Shown: positions 32,568 to 43,286, counted from the stretch's first letter. The stretch is 61,905 nt of DNA from Nitrosopumilales archaeon (GCA_009665115.1 WJXE01000001.1:1-61905); one strand, 5' to 3'. The notes: a model not told the origin generated them from the letters alone. A program made the numbers and translations.

Positions 32568-33083
32568 ATGCCAAAAAAAGCCAAGCGGCAACAGAACGTC
32601 AAGAATAGCAAGTTTACATTTTCCAAATATAAATATGCCATAATGATTTTTGTAGGTATCGCAATAGTTGTCGTAATAGCCGGCTATTTTGGAATACATT
32701 CTTTGATTCCTGTTAATGGTAATACTCCGGCTTTTGCTCCTCCGATAAATACATTTATGAAAGCAACTCATTCTCCTCAAACGGGCTGGCTGTTCACCAG
32801 CCAATCTACCGCCGCTTCACGAAGTAATGGCATGGGAGCAGGATTTAACAGCCCGACGATTTTCTTAAAGTATGGTGCGCTTGACTCGATCCATTTAATC
32901 AATGAGGATGCAGATACACGCTCACTCCATAACCTGAATATAGATACATTTAACGTACATACCAAAAGCCTGGGGTATTTTGAAAGTCAGTCCCTCACGT
33001 TCATTGCAAATAAAATTGGCACATTTGTTTACTACTGCAACATACATCCGGAAATGAGAGGCCTAATAAAGGTCGAGCAATGA
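32568..33083 (+). CDS. Membrane-anchored cupredoxin (blue copper) domain protein
   Basis: N-terminal TM helix; HN...YYCNIHPEMRG type-1 copper ligands. Confidence 0.85.
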   Translation: MPKKAKRQQNVKNSKFTFSKYKYAIMIFVGIAIVVVIAGYFGIHSLIPVNGNTPAFAPPINTFMKATHSPQTGWLFTSQSTAASRSNGMGAGFNSPTIFLKYGALDSIHLINEDADTRSLHNLNIDTFNVHTKSLGYFESQSLTFIANKIGTFVYYCNIHPEMRGLIKVEQ

Positions 33084-33148
33084 TCACTTTTACCTTAACT
33101 ATCAGAATTCATTGATGTAACTGAATTCTATCATATTCTAGGCATCTC

Positions 33149-33679
33149 TCAATTCAACCATTCTATCGGGATATCCTGGTATACACCGTTAGGTAGAACG
33201 CGTCTAATAGATAGGGGCAGTGCTTTAGCATATAATTCCGCCGTTGCTAGAGAGATTGAATCTCTTACCTCTTGGGGTACTCTAATAAACGCCGGCGCTC
33301 CCAAAGAAAGCTGTAAAGACCTGGCACCTGTGATCCTTGCCTTTTCAAACCTCGTAATGCGTGCCGGTCCGATTAAAACTTGATTGCCATTAGGGATAAT
33401 CTCCTTGAGTTCGAATTCAACTTCAGCATAAGTCACAACTTCGTCTTCAGGGCGGCTCGATTTCTTGACTGGAGTATCTCCTAATTGTACCTGAGCTTTT
33501 TCGAGCGTAGCATCATGTTTGATGGCTATTTTTTTCAAAGCCGTGGAGACATTTCGCCGGCTACGGATCTTTTTCGTAGGATCGTCTGTCCCCTTAGCAG
33601 TTTTAGTTTTAAACTTTTTGGAAGAGGTCTTTTGATTTGAAGAATGTTTAACCACCAAGAATGCTCCAAAGGATAACAA
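33149..33679 (-). CDS. rpoK: DNA-directed RNA polymerase subunit K (Rpo6) with Lys-rich N-terminal extension
   Basis: TRFEKARITGARSLQLSLGAP and LPLSIRR.LP.G. Confidence 0.93.
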   Translation of the reverse strand: MLSFGAFLVVKHSSNQKTSSKKFKTKTAKGTDDPTKKIRSRRNVSTALKKIAIKHDATLEKAQVQLGDTPVKKSSRPEDEVVTYAEVEFELKEIIPNGNQVLIGPARITRFEKARITGARSLQLSLGAPAFIRVPQEVRDSISLATAELYAKALPLSIRRVLPNGVYQDIPIEWLN

Positions 33680-33759
33680 TTATATAATTAAATGTTGCGA
33701 TTTTTTCAATGTCCAGTCAATTAAACCTTCCCATTTTAGGCAGTTTGGGTTAAGGTGAA

Positions 33760-34142
33760 ATGAGTTCAGCACGGTTTCAAGGGTACCTCTTATTATAGAG
33801 ATATCAAATAAGGGAGTTATCGAGTGCGAAATTATTCGCCATCTTTCCCCGATCACAACTAAGATAATTTTAATGGGTTTGCCTCTGAAGGACAGGATTC
33901 ATAAGCTGGGAGAGAATTTAGTATATATAGAGACCGGGTTAACGATAGGAGCAGAGAAACAACGATCTCGATTTAAACGTGGCGAGATGGCCTACCTAAC
34001 GTCTAACGGTTCCGTATGTATTTTCGTTAAAGATTCTGCACCAATATCCGCTATGAATCCGATAGGGGTAGTTAAATCCAACCTGCATTTAGCAGAATCG
34101 GTGCAAACAGGAGACGTAATGATACTAAGGCATAGTAGTTAA
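33760..34142 (+). CDS. Cyclophilin-like fold protein (1-nt indel just after the ATG at 33760)
   Basis: Frame of ORF 33873..34142 stays open upstream as STVSRVPLIIEISNKGVIECEIIRHLSPIT; G.MAY....GSVCIF and MNPIG.V. Confidence 0.75.
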
Positions 34143-34471
34143 GCCTGCTCAATCAGCTGGTATACTCTATGGCCGCTATAACCACCAACACTTTTAACTA
34201 TGCCCTTTGCTTCGAGTGATTTGATATATGCATTAGCTACAGAAATTTTTACGCCCGCAGCTCTTGCTACGCCTTGAATCGTAATAGCTTTCATACTCTG
34301 TATAGCTCTCCTACCTTGTGTATCCTCCACCAAAACCGAGAGCTTTTGTTTTTGCTGGACTTTTCCTAAAGCCTTCTTGGTCTCTTCCTTTTTTGCAGGT
34401 TTATCTCCGTCATGTCCAGAAGCTGGAGAAGATTTTTCAGCTCCCAACGGTTTTTTCTTACTGCCGCCCAT
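34139..34471 (-). CDS. rps25e: 30S ribosomal protein S25e-like protein
   Basis: MGGSKKK N-terminus; IT...AR..GVKISVAN..I..L...G winged helix. Confidence 0.85.
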   Translation of the reverse strand: MGGSKKKPLGAEKSSPASGHDGDKPAKKEETKKALGKVQQKQKLSVLVEDTQGRRAIQSMKAITIQGVARAAGVKISVANAYIKSLEAKGIVKSVGGYSGHRVYQLIEQA

Positions 34472-34625
34472 ACTACCTGTACAGATCTGTCGCATTTTAT
34501 AAGTTGTGCTCCGATTTAGATACCGCCCATGTCCTTTACCAAACTCCGGACGATCTATATTAGTTAGATTTAGGTTAACAGCACTGGTAATCCAATCCTA
34601 AATAATAATGCAGTAAGCATCTTTA

Positions 34626-35618
34626 TTACTGTGCAACAAGTCGATCCAAAAGATATATGAATTGTTTAAGTTTTTCTCTTGGGACCACTGCCCCACATGC
34701 TTTTTCGTGTCCTCCACCGCTTCCACCTATTTCTGAACTAATCTGATTTACCACTCTTCCTAAATGCACTTTACAGGATTTGTTGCCACGAATAGAAAAA
34801 ATATAGGAATCAATTTCGTCTTTTAACTTATAGACCAATGCAACTGGCTTTTCTGAGATACCCAAGACAAAGTTGACAATCATACTGGCAGATAATGCCG
34901 AATTATTTTGCGCATACGCAATGTTGTCAGATTTACTTATAGATCCTTCTATTTTCTTAATAGCATCAGAGACCTTTCGGGCGTAACTTTCTGCTATAGA
35001 GAAACCACCTTCTATATCGTGAGGATATTTCATACATGAAAGGAAATTGACAAGCTCAATTAGAAATTTGTCGTCATGCTGTTTAGCCGAGATCATATAG
35101 GAAAGCACAGTAGATTCCAACATTAGAAATTGCCTATCATATCGCGATACGATAGCAGAAGCGATAGGCTTATTTTCCATATAGTCGGTCAATGAACTAG
35201 CAGCAGCAAAAAAAGCCGCATGTGGCTTTAATTTCTTTTTGAATTTATTGTATATTTGTACGCTGCTGCATTCTTCAACGGAGTGAATCAGCAATACTCC
35301 TATTTTCTTTAGTGCGATAATGCTCTCTCGATTTAGGTCATGATGATCAATATATGTGACCTTAGCGCCATTTGAGATAATTTTACCGACTATCTCTATA
35401 AAGTCTGCCTCATTTTTTTTACTCAAACCCAAATCGCTAACAAAAATTCGATCAAGTTTAGGTAAAAAGTCGGCAGCAGCCAGTTTATCGAGGGTAGAGA
35501 TAATATTAGGGTAATCGACCAAGATGATAGTTTTAGCATTAAACGCTGCCTTTATCAGTACAGCAGATAATATACCATCGACATCCTCTTTATGTGAAAG
35601 GCACGCCGTTATAGACAT
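34626..35618 (-). CDS. DHH/DHHA1 family phosphoesterase
   Basis: H.EDVDG, DL, IDHH and GGSGGGH..ACG. Confidence 0.9.
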   Translation of the reverse strand: MSITACLSHKEDVDGILSAVLIKAAFNAKTIILVDYPNIISTLDKLAAADFLPKLDRIFVSDLGLSKKNEADFIEIVGKIISNGAKVTYIDHHDLNRESIIALKKIGVLLIHSVEECSSVQIYNKFKKKLKPHAAFFAAASSLTDYMENKPIASAIVSRYDRQFLMLESTVLSYMISAKQHDDKFLIELVNFLSCMKYPHDIEGGFSIAESYARKVSDAIKKIEGSISKSDNIAYAQNNSALSASMIVNFVLGISEKPVALVYKLKDEIDSYIFSIRGNKSCKVHLGRVVNQISSEIGGSGGGHEKACGAVVPREKLKQFIYLLDRLVAQ

Positions 35619-36034
35619 CTTTTGGTTTCATACAAAAATTCCTAAATTTAAGTTGTGCGTACGGAAAGCTTTAGTTACTAACATATTCTTAGTTTCATTG
35701 TTTATTGATAATGCTTCTTTGCAGCCAAGCTAAAAAAATCTTGTTTGCTAAGAGGCATAGTTTGCATCCTAAAGACGATATAGAGGTGAACGAGTCGATA
35801 CTGCGATGCAGTGGGAGTATGGTTGGAGCCAAATGTCGTGATATGGTTCCTCGCCTTGGAAATAGCGCTCAGCCCGCTCCAAACTGCCTGGAGGGACTAT
35901 TTACTGAAAGATATGGTCTCGCACTCAGAATAGTACAGTTCGAGAAGGATCTCGAATAGCCAGCCCACGTAGGGTTAGAATAGTAGACCTAAATAATATA
36001 AATAACAAGAAGAATGAGTCTTAGGCCATGGACC

Positions 36035-37129
36035 TCATGAGTGGCCTGTCTTTCCTATTAACGGTTTGACTTTTATCGTTAGCTTAAAACTCGTCAAAAT
36101 ATCTTTACATCTGTTACGGATGGTAACTTCAGTCACTCCGGCCAAGCTTGATAAATCTATCTGTAGAAGATTGACTCCCAGTAGAATTGCAGCCAGATAA
36201 ATATACGCTGCGGCCAGCCCGTTTGGGGATTTGCCATCTGCAAGAAGGTGGTTGTTGGACTTGTGAGCCATCTCAATCGCTAGTCTCTCTACCTTGGCTT
36301 CAATTCTTGCCATGTTTGCGAGTTTGGCTATGTAATGATCAATTGTAAGCGTTACCGGGATTGGGGGTGACGTTACCGTGGTTGTTGCGGCTGCTGAAAT
36401 TAATACTGATTCGGAGCCTACAACGGCTTCTGCCAATGCCGGGAAATGACTAGACAATGATGTAGAGAGCTGCGTGGGTTGTACCGTAAAGACGCCCATC
36501 TCCATAACCATCATCCTATAGTATTTAGAAGATAGTTTTAGGCTAGACCTATCCTTCTGAGTAATGCCAGTTGCTTCCACGATTTCTTCTAACGACCTCA
36601 CTACAGAGCATCTTTTACAGGCTAGGTAAATTGTTGCTGCCGCCATGGAGTTGATAGATTTTCCTTTTGCCCCACTCCTGCTCTCAAAATTTCGATAGAT
36701 CATCGCTGCTGTTTCCACCAGTATCTTCGGAAAACACATCGCTGAACAAGTTTCGTTAATCCTGGATAACACGTTTGAGAGCCTTCTCTGTTTCGGGGAG
36801 GCTACTCTTATCCTTGAATGCCATTTCCTCATGCTATTCATCTGTTCTGCCATTTGGCAGTCAATTGATTTGCCGCTGTAATCCTTCGAACCAAAACCAA
36901 TCTCGGTTCTTAAACCGTAATCGTGTAAGGAAAGGCTTGTGTATCCACTAGCACGTGTATTCTTTGACCTTTCTTCAAAGTCAGAGGAATTGCTTTCAGG
37001 ACCATAATCGTCAACCTGATCCATGACTACATAACCACATTTTTGGCAAATGTATTCACCTATGTTGTAATCATGAATGAGCCCAGATTCGCACTCAGGA
37101 CACTGCGTATAGTATTCTGTTGAATTCAA
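36035..37129 (-). CDS. tfb: Transcription initiation factor IIB (TFB) paralog
   Basis: CPEC...CQKCG, HDYGL.T, GKSPNGLAAAYIY and VTEVTIRNR; S/T-rich linker insertion. Confidence 0.95.
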   Translation of the reverse strand: MNSTEYYTQCPECESGLIHDYNIGEYICQKCGYVVMDQVDDYGPESNSSDFEERSKNTRASGYTSLSLHDYGLRTEIGFGSKDYSGKSIDCQMAEQMNSMRKWHSRIRVASPKQRRLSNVLSRINETCSAMCFPKILVETAAMIYRNFESRSGAKGKSINSMAAATIYLACKRCSVVRSLEEIVEATGITQKDRSSLKLSSKYYRMMVMEMGVFTVQPTQLSTSLSSHFPALAEAVVGSESVLISAAATTTVTSPPIPVTLTIDHYIAKLANMARIEAKVERLAIEMAHKSNNHLLADGKSPNGLAAAYIYLAAILLGVNLLQIDLSSLAGVTEVTIRNRCKDILTSFKLTIKVKPLIGKTGHS

Positions 37130-37615
37130 ATCTATATCACTTCGTCATTGTGTTAGGTACCGATATGATTCGCATTCCTGCTCTCCTGGTCATAAAGTTA
37201 AATTTTGACCTGTCGAGAAATTTGTTATGCAAATTCAAACCCCTTCTATTGACAATCTTACTCATATTACCTAAATTATTAAACATTTTTCGGTTGCTTA
37301 GTTTATAAAAAATAAGCCTTGTTAGATGAGATATATTTTTCTGGAACAACACACCCGTTCAGGAGTAGGAGAGGATTATTCTATTTATTTAGGATGGTCA
37401 TAACAATTTACCATAATTAGAAATATTTCTAGTCCCTGATATCAGCTACCGAACCGTCTAATTTAAATTTGACATGAGAAAGATAATAAGTCAAATTCTG
37501 GATGAAAAAACATTTTTGTCTTTGATATATTATAAAAATTGACAATCAGGCTTATTATCTGACAGATACATCTAAAACATGAAAGAATCTAGCGACGAAA
37601 TGAAATGTACGAAAA

Positions 37616-37867
37616 TTGCCGTATACGGAAGATGTAGGGGAGAGCGGGTTGTCTAGAAGACTTGCAATCTTTGCTTTTTGGTTTCTAGGATTTGGCATAG
37701 GCTTTCTTGGATATCTATCCCTTCCAAGCATCGCGCAATGGTTTGCTATGGCCATACCAAATTTCCTGAACCAAGCAGTAATTGGAGCGCTAATAGCAGG
37801 AGTTGTCGGATCAGCAGTTAGTACGTTTTCGATCGTAACTTGGGCTAACAGAAGCGCAGCGGTTTAA
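37616..37867 (+). CDS. Small membrane protein (two TM helices)
   Basis: Two hydrophobic segments in an 83-aa ORF. Confidence 0.7.
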   Translation: MPYTEDVGESGLSRRLAIFAFWFLGFGIGFLGYLSLPSIAQWFAMAIPNFLNQAVIGALIAGVVGSAVSTFSIVTWANRSAAV

Positions 37868-37954
37868 CCTCCACTTCTAGCTATCCTGCATTTCTCGTGC
37901 CCCACAGACCTTTCTTCTTAACTGTTGGCAAATGTTACGGGAGAGCATTGAACC

Positions 37955-38160
37955 GAATTCATTGACCTGAAATCGACCTAGAAGCTTTTTGAACCAGTCG
38001 AAAAAGAAGATGCAGTAATGCATACTTACTAAAAAAGACAGAGAAAGATTATCTGTCCACTAGAAGATCGATTTGGAATACCTCAACTTTTATTACAAGC
38101 AAGTCGTATCCCCAGTCCGAGAGAAGCATGTAGATATCCCCACCACGTCAGCGATATCCA
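37955..38160 (+). pseudogene. Degraded remnant resembling the EgtB (sulfoxide synthase) N-terminus
   Basis: Fragments KLFEPVEKEDAVM and LEYLNFYYKQ lie in different frames with stops; adjacent to egtD. Confidence 0.4.
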
Positions 38161-38359
38161 AGGGCTACAACACCTCTTAACGTTACCCCCCCTAAAGCCG
38201 GTTCATGTCCAAAGAATATGGACTAATACATAGATCATATCACTATAGGGACGTGTGGAAGAGGACCTCTGAGATTCGAATCAAGGCCATCGATCAGATG
38301 GTTGTAGGGACAAAGTGATCAAGACGAATTAGGTTGAAATCAAAAAAGGCATATGCATA

Positions 38360-39346
38360 TCAAGCAGGAGAAAAGAGTGCGACATTGAACCACTTTTTTT
38401 CATCGACAAAATTTCTCTTTAGTATAAATTGGCTGTCCTCTGCCATTTGTTTTATTTCCTCCGCAGAATACTTGTACGAATTTTCAGTGTGGATAGTCTC
38501 ATTTTTATCAAAGCTAAAGGTCTGACCTAGTCTGCCCACATATACCTGCTGATCTTTGGTCGAGACTAGATGCATTTCGACCCTTTTGTAGCAAGAATTG
38601 TAAAAAGCATGGTGAACGAAGCTATCGAGATTAAACTCTCCTCTTAATTCTCTATTTATTCGAGTCAATAGATTTAAGTTAAACCTCGCTGTTATACCCT
38701 CCTTGTCATTATAAGCTGCCTCCAAAATGTTTTTGTTCTTATGAAGATCGATACCAAGTAAGAGATCATCACTCTCCTCCATTTTACTTCTTAAATTTCT
38801 GAGGAAAGCTACAGATTCATTTGGTTCAAAATTCCCGATGCTAGATCCTAGGAAAATTATCAATTTTTTGTCAGGGATTTGGCGATCGGCGGCAATCAAA
38901 CTATTTGCTTTATCAATGCCATCAATATAATCTGAGGAAATTCCTATCGTTCGAAGACTAGAAAAGTCGGCAGAGAGGTTATAGATTGTTTCACGCAACA
39001 TCGCCTGGGAAACGTCCACAGGAAAATAATATAAACTCGGCTGTCTTAAGAGAACCTTCTGCAAAAGGATTCTCGTTTTGCTGGAACTGCCGCTTCCAAG
39101 TTCAATAATACTTATCTTTTTCTTGCCATGCATCCAAACCATTTCTGTAGAATGTTGTCTTAATATCGCTGCCTCCGTCCGCCATGGGTAATACTCTGGT
39201 TGACGACAGATTGCTTCAAAGAGCTGCGATCCCGCACTATCATAAAGATACTTTGGATTAACCCGCTTCTGGTCCTTGGCTCCTAGTCCTTCTTTAATGT
39301 TTCGAACAAAGGCTTCATCTAGCTGAGGTTCACTTGTGTTATACAT
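38360..39346 (-). CDS. egtD: L-histidine N-alpha-methyltransferase
   Basis: PKYLYD..GSQLFE.I...PEYY, ELGSGSSSKT, FLGSSIGNF, AYND..G.TA.FN.N and HTENSYKY. Confidence 0.95.
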   Translation of the reverse strand: MYNTSEPQLDEAFVRNIKEGLGAKDQKRVNPKYLYDSAGSQLFEAICRQPEYYPWRTEAAILRQHSTEMVWMHGKKKISIIELGSGSSSKTRILLQKVLLRQPSLYYFPVDVSQAMLRETIYNLSADFSSLRTIGISSDYIDGIDKANSLIAADRQIPDKKLIIFLGSSIGNFEPNESVAFLRNLRSKMEESDDLLLGIDLHKNKNILEAAYNDKEGITARFNLNLLTRINRELRGEFNLDSFVHHAFYNSCYKRVEMHLVSTKDQQVYVGRLGQTFSFDKNETIHTENSYKYSAEEIKQMAEDSQFILKRNFVDEKKWFNVALFSPA

Positions 39347-39800
39347 TAGGATTCATCTTGCACCTGTCGCGACGACTCCAGAAATGGCTGTGAAATAAAC
39401 CATGCGATAGCTAATACAGCCTGTCAAAGTATTTAATAATAATCTATCCTTCTTCCGATTCGCCCGACCCCTATAACAGTGCCTATTCCGCAATAAGACA
39501 TCGCTAAGCATGATCACCAGTAATAATATGGCTTTGTCTGCGTAGGCTGTTAAAATTAGTGTACCTGATACTTATAGGACGTCCCAAATTACCTCAAATT
39601 TAGTGTGCGCGGGATTTTTTACAATTCTTGAGGAGACCTATGGTACCAAGTTGTGCTCGGATATGAATCCTATACAGTAAGATTACAGACTCATTGTCCA
39701 AGTACTTGTGTATTATGCGGAAGCTTTTTCTTGTACATGCCAACTAAGAGATTTCGTTGTAGCTGGTGAGTACTGACGATGAACTAGTCGTGCAACTGAG

Positions 39801-40757
39801 ATGCTCGAGTGGTGCAAATTGTTGAGAGGGAAGAGACAGAGAGAACATGATAGAACGCTTTCCATAAACATCGCAGGTATGGAGCTGCGTAATCCTACTA
39901 TGCTAGCTTCTGGTTTTTTAGGTATTTCTCAAGCTATTTTCAACAGGCTTTACAACGCAGATGTTGGAGCGATAGTGAGCAAATCAATTAGCTGCGAGCC
40001 CATGGAGGGTTATAGAAATCCTACTGCAGTATGTTTGGAAGGCGGGAGTTATCTGAATGCGGTGGGTCTTGCCAACCCTGGAGCAGATGCATTTTCGAGT
40101 GAAATCGCCTCCAACCCATATGTTCCGATAATAGTCAGTTTGGTTGGTTCATCTCATGACGATTTTCCAAAAATAATAAATAAATTCGATGACCTAAATA
40201 TTCTTGGGTACGAAATTAATCTATCATGTCCTCATGTAGCCAAAATGGGCATGGAGGTAGGAGATGATCCAGATATGGTGACCAAGGTTGTAAAGACTGT
40301 AAAGTCTCATACACTCAAGCCGGTTGTCGTTAAAGTTGGCATTGGAAATGTAGACATACTCGATATCGCAAGGGCCGCAAACGATGCAGGAGCTAATGCG
40401 ATTACAGCAATTAATACAATTCGTGCCATGACTATCGACATTGAAAGTGGAATCCCGGTCCTGAGTAACAAAATTGGCGGCCTGTCGGGCAAATCAGTGA
40501 AACCCATTGCCATTAGATGTGTTTATGAAATTTCTAAAAATGTCTCGGTACCGGTGATTGGTTGTGGTGGAATATTCAGCTGGGAAGATGCTGTCGAGTT
40601 CATGCTCGCAGGGGCATCAGCGATACAGCTTGGTAGTGTGATTGGTTACGAAGGATTTGGGGCATTCCAGAAAATCTGTTTGGGTCTTAAAAGATACTTA
40701 GAAAGGAAGGGAATGAAGAACCTCACGGAGTTAGTAGGACTTGCCCATAAATATTAA
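39801..40757 (+). CDS. pyrD: Dihydroorotate dehydrogenase (family 1B) catalytic subunit
   Basis: NAVGLANPG, EINLSCPH, GGLSG and IGCGGI. Confidence 0.96.
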   Translation: MLEWCKLLRGKRQREHDRTLSINIAGMELRNPTMLASGFLGISQAIFNRLYNADVGAIVSKSISCEPMEGYRNPTAVCLEGGSYLNAVGLANPGADAFSSEIASNPYVPIIVSLVGSSHDDFPKIINKFDDLNILGYEINLSCPHVAKMGMEVGDDPDMVTKVVKTVKSHTLKPVVVKVGIGNVDILDIARAANDAGANAITAINTIRAMTIDIESGIPVLSNKIGGLSGKSVKPIAIRCVYEISKNVSVPVIGCGGIFSWEDAVEFMLAGASAIQLGSVIGYEGFGAFQKICLGLKRYLERKGMKNLTELVGLAHKY

Positions 40758-41562
40758 CATCATAAGAAGCGTGTTTATTGAACGGGTGCTAAATGAAACA
40801 GCTAGTGTCAAGACGATCCTCTTTAAGGATCGAGTCTCTTCCAAGGCTGATCCCGGCCAGTTCCTTATGGTTTGGATTCCGGGGGTCGAAGAGCTACCGA
40901 TGAGCGTTATGGTTGCTGACGAAGAAGATAGCGCCGCGATCACAATACGCAGGAAGGGAATTGGGTCGACGGCACTGTTCAATAAACGAATTGGTGAGAT
41001 GCTTGGGATTCGCGGGCCTTATGGCAACAAATTCAAGATTGCGCCGAATGCAAGAACGGTGCTATTGGTTGGTGGAGGAACAGGACTTGTACCTTTAATT
41101 AGACTAGCCGCAAAACTGAACGAAATGAGAATTTGTTGCACACTGATAATTGGGGCAAGTTCAAAAAGAGAAGTATTTTTTGAAAATACAGCCGATGCCG
41201 TTCTGAGTGATACTAAACACAAGATAATAGTCAGTACGGAAAACGGTGATTATGGAATTAAAGGAAATGCGACTGATGCTATGGCTCAAGTTCTTAAAGA
41301 AGAAACGTTCGATAGTGTGTATACATGTGGTCCGGAATTAATGATGAAAAAGGTTTTAGATATTGCTTCTGCGTATTCCCTACCTATTCAAGCCAGTCTT
41401 GAACGACATATGAAATGTGGAATAGGGATTTGTGCTAGTTGTTGTATTGAAGATAAACTCGTTTGTAAAGATGGTACAGTATTCTGTGAAAAACAGTTAT
41501 CCAAACTGAATGAATTCGGCATGTTTTACAGGGACAAAACTGGACGAAAAATTGTATACTAA
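40741..41562 (+). CDS. pyrK: Dihydroorotate dehydrogenase electron-transfer subunit
   Basis: PGQF, RGPYG, GGGTG, CGPE.M and MKCGIGICASC...VC.DG. Confidence 0.95.
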   Translation: MPININIIRSVFIERVLNETASVKTILFKDRVSSKADPGQFLMVWIPGVEELPMSVMVADEEDSAAITIRRKGIGSTALFNKRIGEMLGIRGPYGNKFKIAPNARTVLLVGGGTGLVPLIRLAAKLNEMRICCTLIIGASSKREVFFENTADAVLSDTKHKIIVSTENGDYGIKGNATDAMAQVLKEETFDSVYTCGPELMMKKVLDIASAYSLPIQASLERHMKCGIGICASCCIEDKLVCKDGTVFCEKQLSKLNEFGMFYRDKTGRKIVY

Positions 41563-41602
41563 AGTACCCGTATCTATCTTTTTATCGTTTCATAGTTATC
41601 AT

Positions 41603-41716
41603 TCTCCTGACGCCTTCTGCAGAGTTTCGTGGACAACCAAAGTTCTTTGGTGACCGCCTGACTGGAAAGGCCGGTTCCGTCCTCACGCTGAGGGATCAGG
41701 GAGTGGCATGAGGAGA
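41603..41716. ncRNA. Candidate structured intergenic RNA element (unidentified)
   Basis: GC-rich island closed by TCTCCT/AGGAGA, with nested stems ACCAAAG/CTTTGGT, CCTGA/TCAGG and CCTCA/TGAGG. Confidence 0.35.
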
Positions 41717-41746
41717 TAATTACCTTTGCAATGATTGCGGTCATAT

Positions 41747-42499
41747 TTAATCTTGCACTCTTGGAGCAAGATAGAAGTGAATTCTCCCTACGTTAGCCAT
41801 TCTAAATTCCAACCTCAGTGGCATTTTACTTGAATATTCCGCTGCAATTGATCCTCCTGCTCCACTTACGGCTTTTGTGATTTTCGTCAAATAATCGAGG
41901 CTGTATGTTGCTTTGCTATTTTCTTTCACTTCTAGCTCTTCTAAACCCGCGCTTTCGGATTCCAAAATTATGTCCGCTTCACCTGAATCCCCCTTACCTG
42001 AGAATTCCACTCGCTTGGATTCCGATTCTATCAAAATGTATTCAGACACCACTTGCACGTCCGATAGAACTTTATCAAATGCAACCGCATTTAACACCAG
42101 CTTGGAATTGAAATTCAACTTTGGCAATGGCGTCGAACTCGCAGAACTCTCGATGAGCCTTATTTTATATTCTCTTTTATAGCCATTATACATTTTAATA
42201 TGCAACATGCTGTCCTCTCCCATACTTACCTCTATTGCGTCCCTCTTATCAGCTCGCTTGATCAATTTTGATAGTTCGTCGACCCTCACACCAAACTTTA
42301 CTGAATCATCACATTCGTATCCCTCAAAGGTGGAATTAGGCCAATGAATATCTATAAGGGCCACGTGAGACGGGTCCATCCCTCTGAATGAAATTCCCTC
42401 CACTGTAGCTTCAAAAGTTGCTTCGTCAACTAAAGTAGAGATTGCAGATACTATAACCTTCCATTCGTCTGGCGATCTTGTCTTAGCTACGAATACCAA
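41747..42499 (-). CDS. pcn: DNA polymerase sliding clamp (PCNA)
   Basis: MDPSHVALID, YSLDYL and FYLAPR. Confidence 0.97.
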   Translation of the reverse strand: MVFVAKTRSPDEWKVIVSAISTLVDEATFEATVEGISFRGMDPSHVALIDIHWPNSTFEGYECDDSVKFGVRVDELSKLIKRADKRDAIEVSMGEDSMLHIKMYNGYKREYKIRLIESSASSTPLPKLNFNSKLVLNAVAFDKVLSDVQVVSEYILIESESKRVEFSGKGDSGEADIILESESAGLEELEVKENSKATYSLDYLTKITKAVSGAGGSIAAEYSSKMPLRLEFRMANVGRIHFYLAPRVQD

Positions 42500-42649
42500 A
42501 CCTATTCTATCTTGTGGCTCTCACTTTCGGATTTTAAACATTGCTGTGCTAAAAACAGGCAATCAAGTCATGAAGAAGCCTGCCCTGCAGACGACGAACA
42601 TTTTTAGAGGGCAAAAAGATCCAAGCACAAAAAATGACATAAGATACAA

Positions 42650-42988
42650 TTAACCATAATTTCTCCAAGTATGGCTACATTTTGTACAGCGATAAAATTG
42701 AGTGGTAGGTTCGTCAGCAGACCTTGTCTGAAGCATCCACCAAAATGCTATATCATTTCCACATCTTGGACAATCAATCGTTGTTGCTGGCAATGCATCC
42801 AATCCCTTCTCGGCCTCCATGATTTTGAGAGAGCTTTGGGAGGAACTATCTGCATTCCGTATCAAATTCCCTTTTACTTGTGTTTTTTCGTCTTCTCTCT
42901 CCACAATAAGACCACATTTTGGACACGAGAGGATGCCTTCTTCAATCTTCGGTTTCATGCGTCTTTCACATTTAGGACAAAACTTCAC
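42650..42988 (-). CDS. tfs: Transcription factor S (TFS/RpoM)
   Basis: FCPKC and CPRC...QTRSADEPTTQFYRCTKC...WR. Confidence 0.96.
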   Translation of the reverse strand: MKFCPKCERRMKPKIEEGILSCPKCGLIVEREDEKTQVKGNLIRNADSSSQSSLKIMEAEKGLDALPATTIDCPRCGNDIAFWWMLQTRSADEPTTQFYRCTKCSHTWRNYG

Positions 42989-42998
42989 GAGGTTACAC

Positions 42999-43286
42999 CT
43001 AAGCTGAATATTTCTTTAAGGCATCCTTTATTACGCTATTAAGCAATTCAATGTTCTCAGAAGCAGACATGCAGGCATCTTGAAACGCTTCCATAGACAC
43101 CTTCTTCTTGGTTACGACTCTAATGAGGTAATCCTTGATTAGAGGATGCTTCAGAACTACACCAGCAAATTCAACATTCTTCTCTTTAAGAAGTTCATGC
43201 TGCACGATGTACATCACGGAAATGTCTTCGTCCTGGAGTTTTAATTCGATCTCACGATCTTTTATATCGACAATTTCTGCAAGCAT
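42999..43286 (-). CDS. rpoL: DNA-directed RNA polymerase subunit L (Rpo11)
   Basis: V.FAG....HPL motif; adjacent to tfs. Confidence 0.9.
   Translation of the reverse strand: MLAEIVDIKDREIELKLQDEDISVMYIVQHELLKEKNVEFAGVVLKHPLIKDYLIRVVTKKKVSMEAFQDACMSASENIELLNSVIKDALKKYSA

Noticed and set aside
39360-39600. Minus-strand fragments (IGTVIGVG...AIAWFISQP) reminiscent of a PiT transporter C-terminus
   Set aside because: Too short and stop-ridden to support without a search
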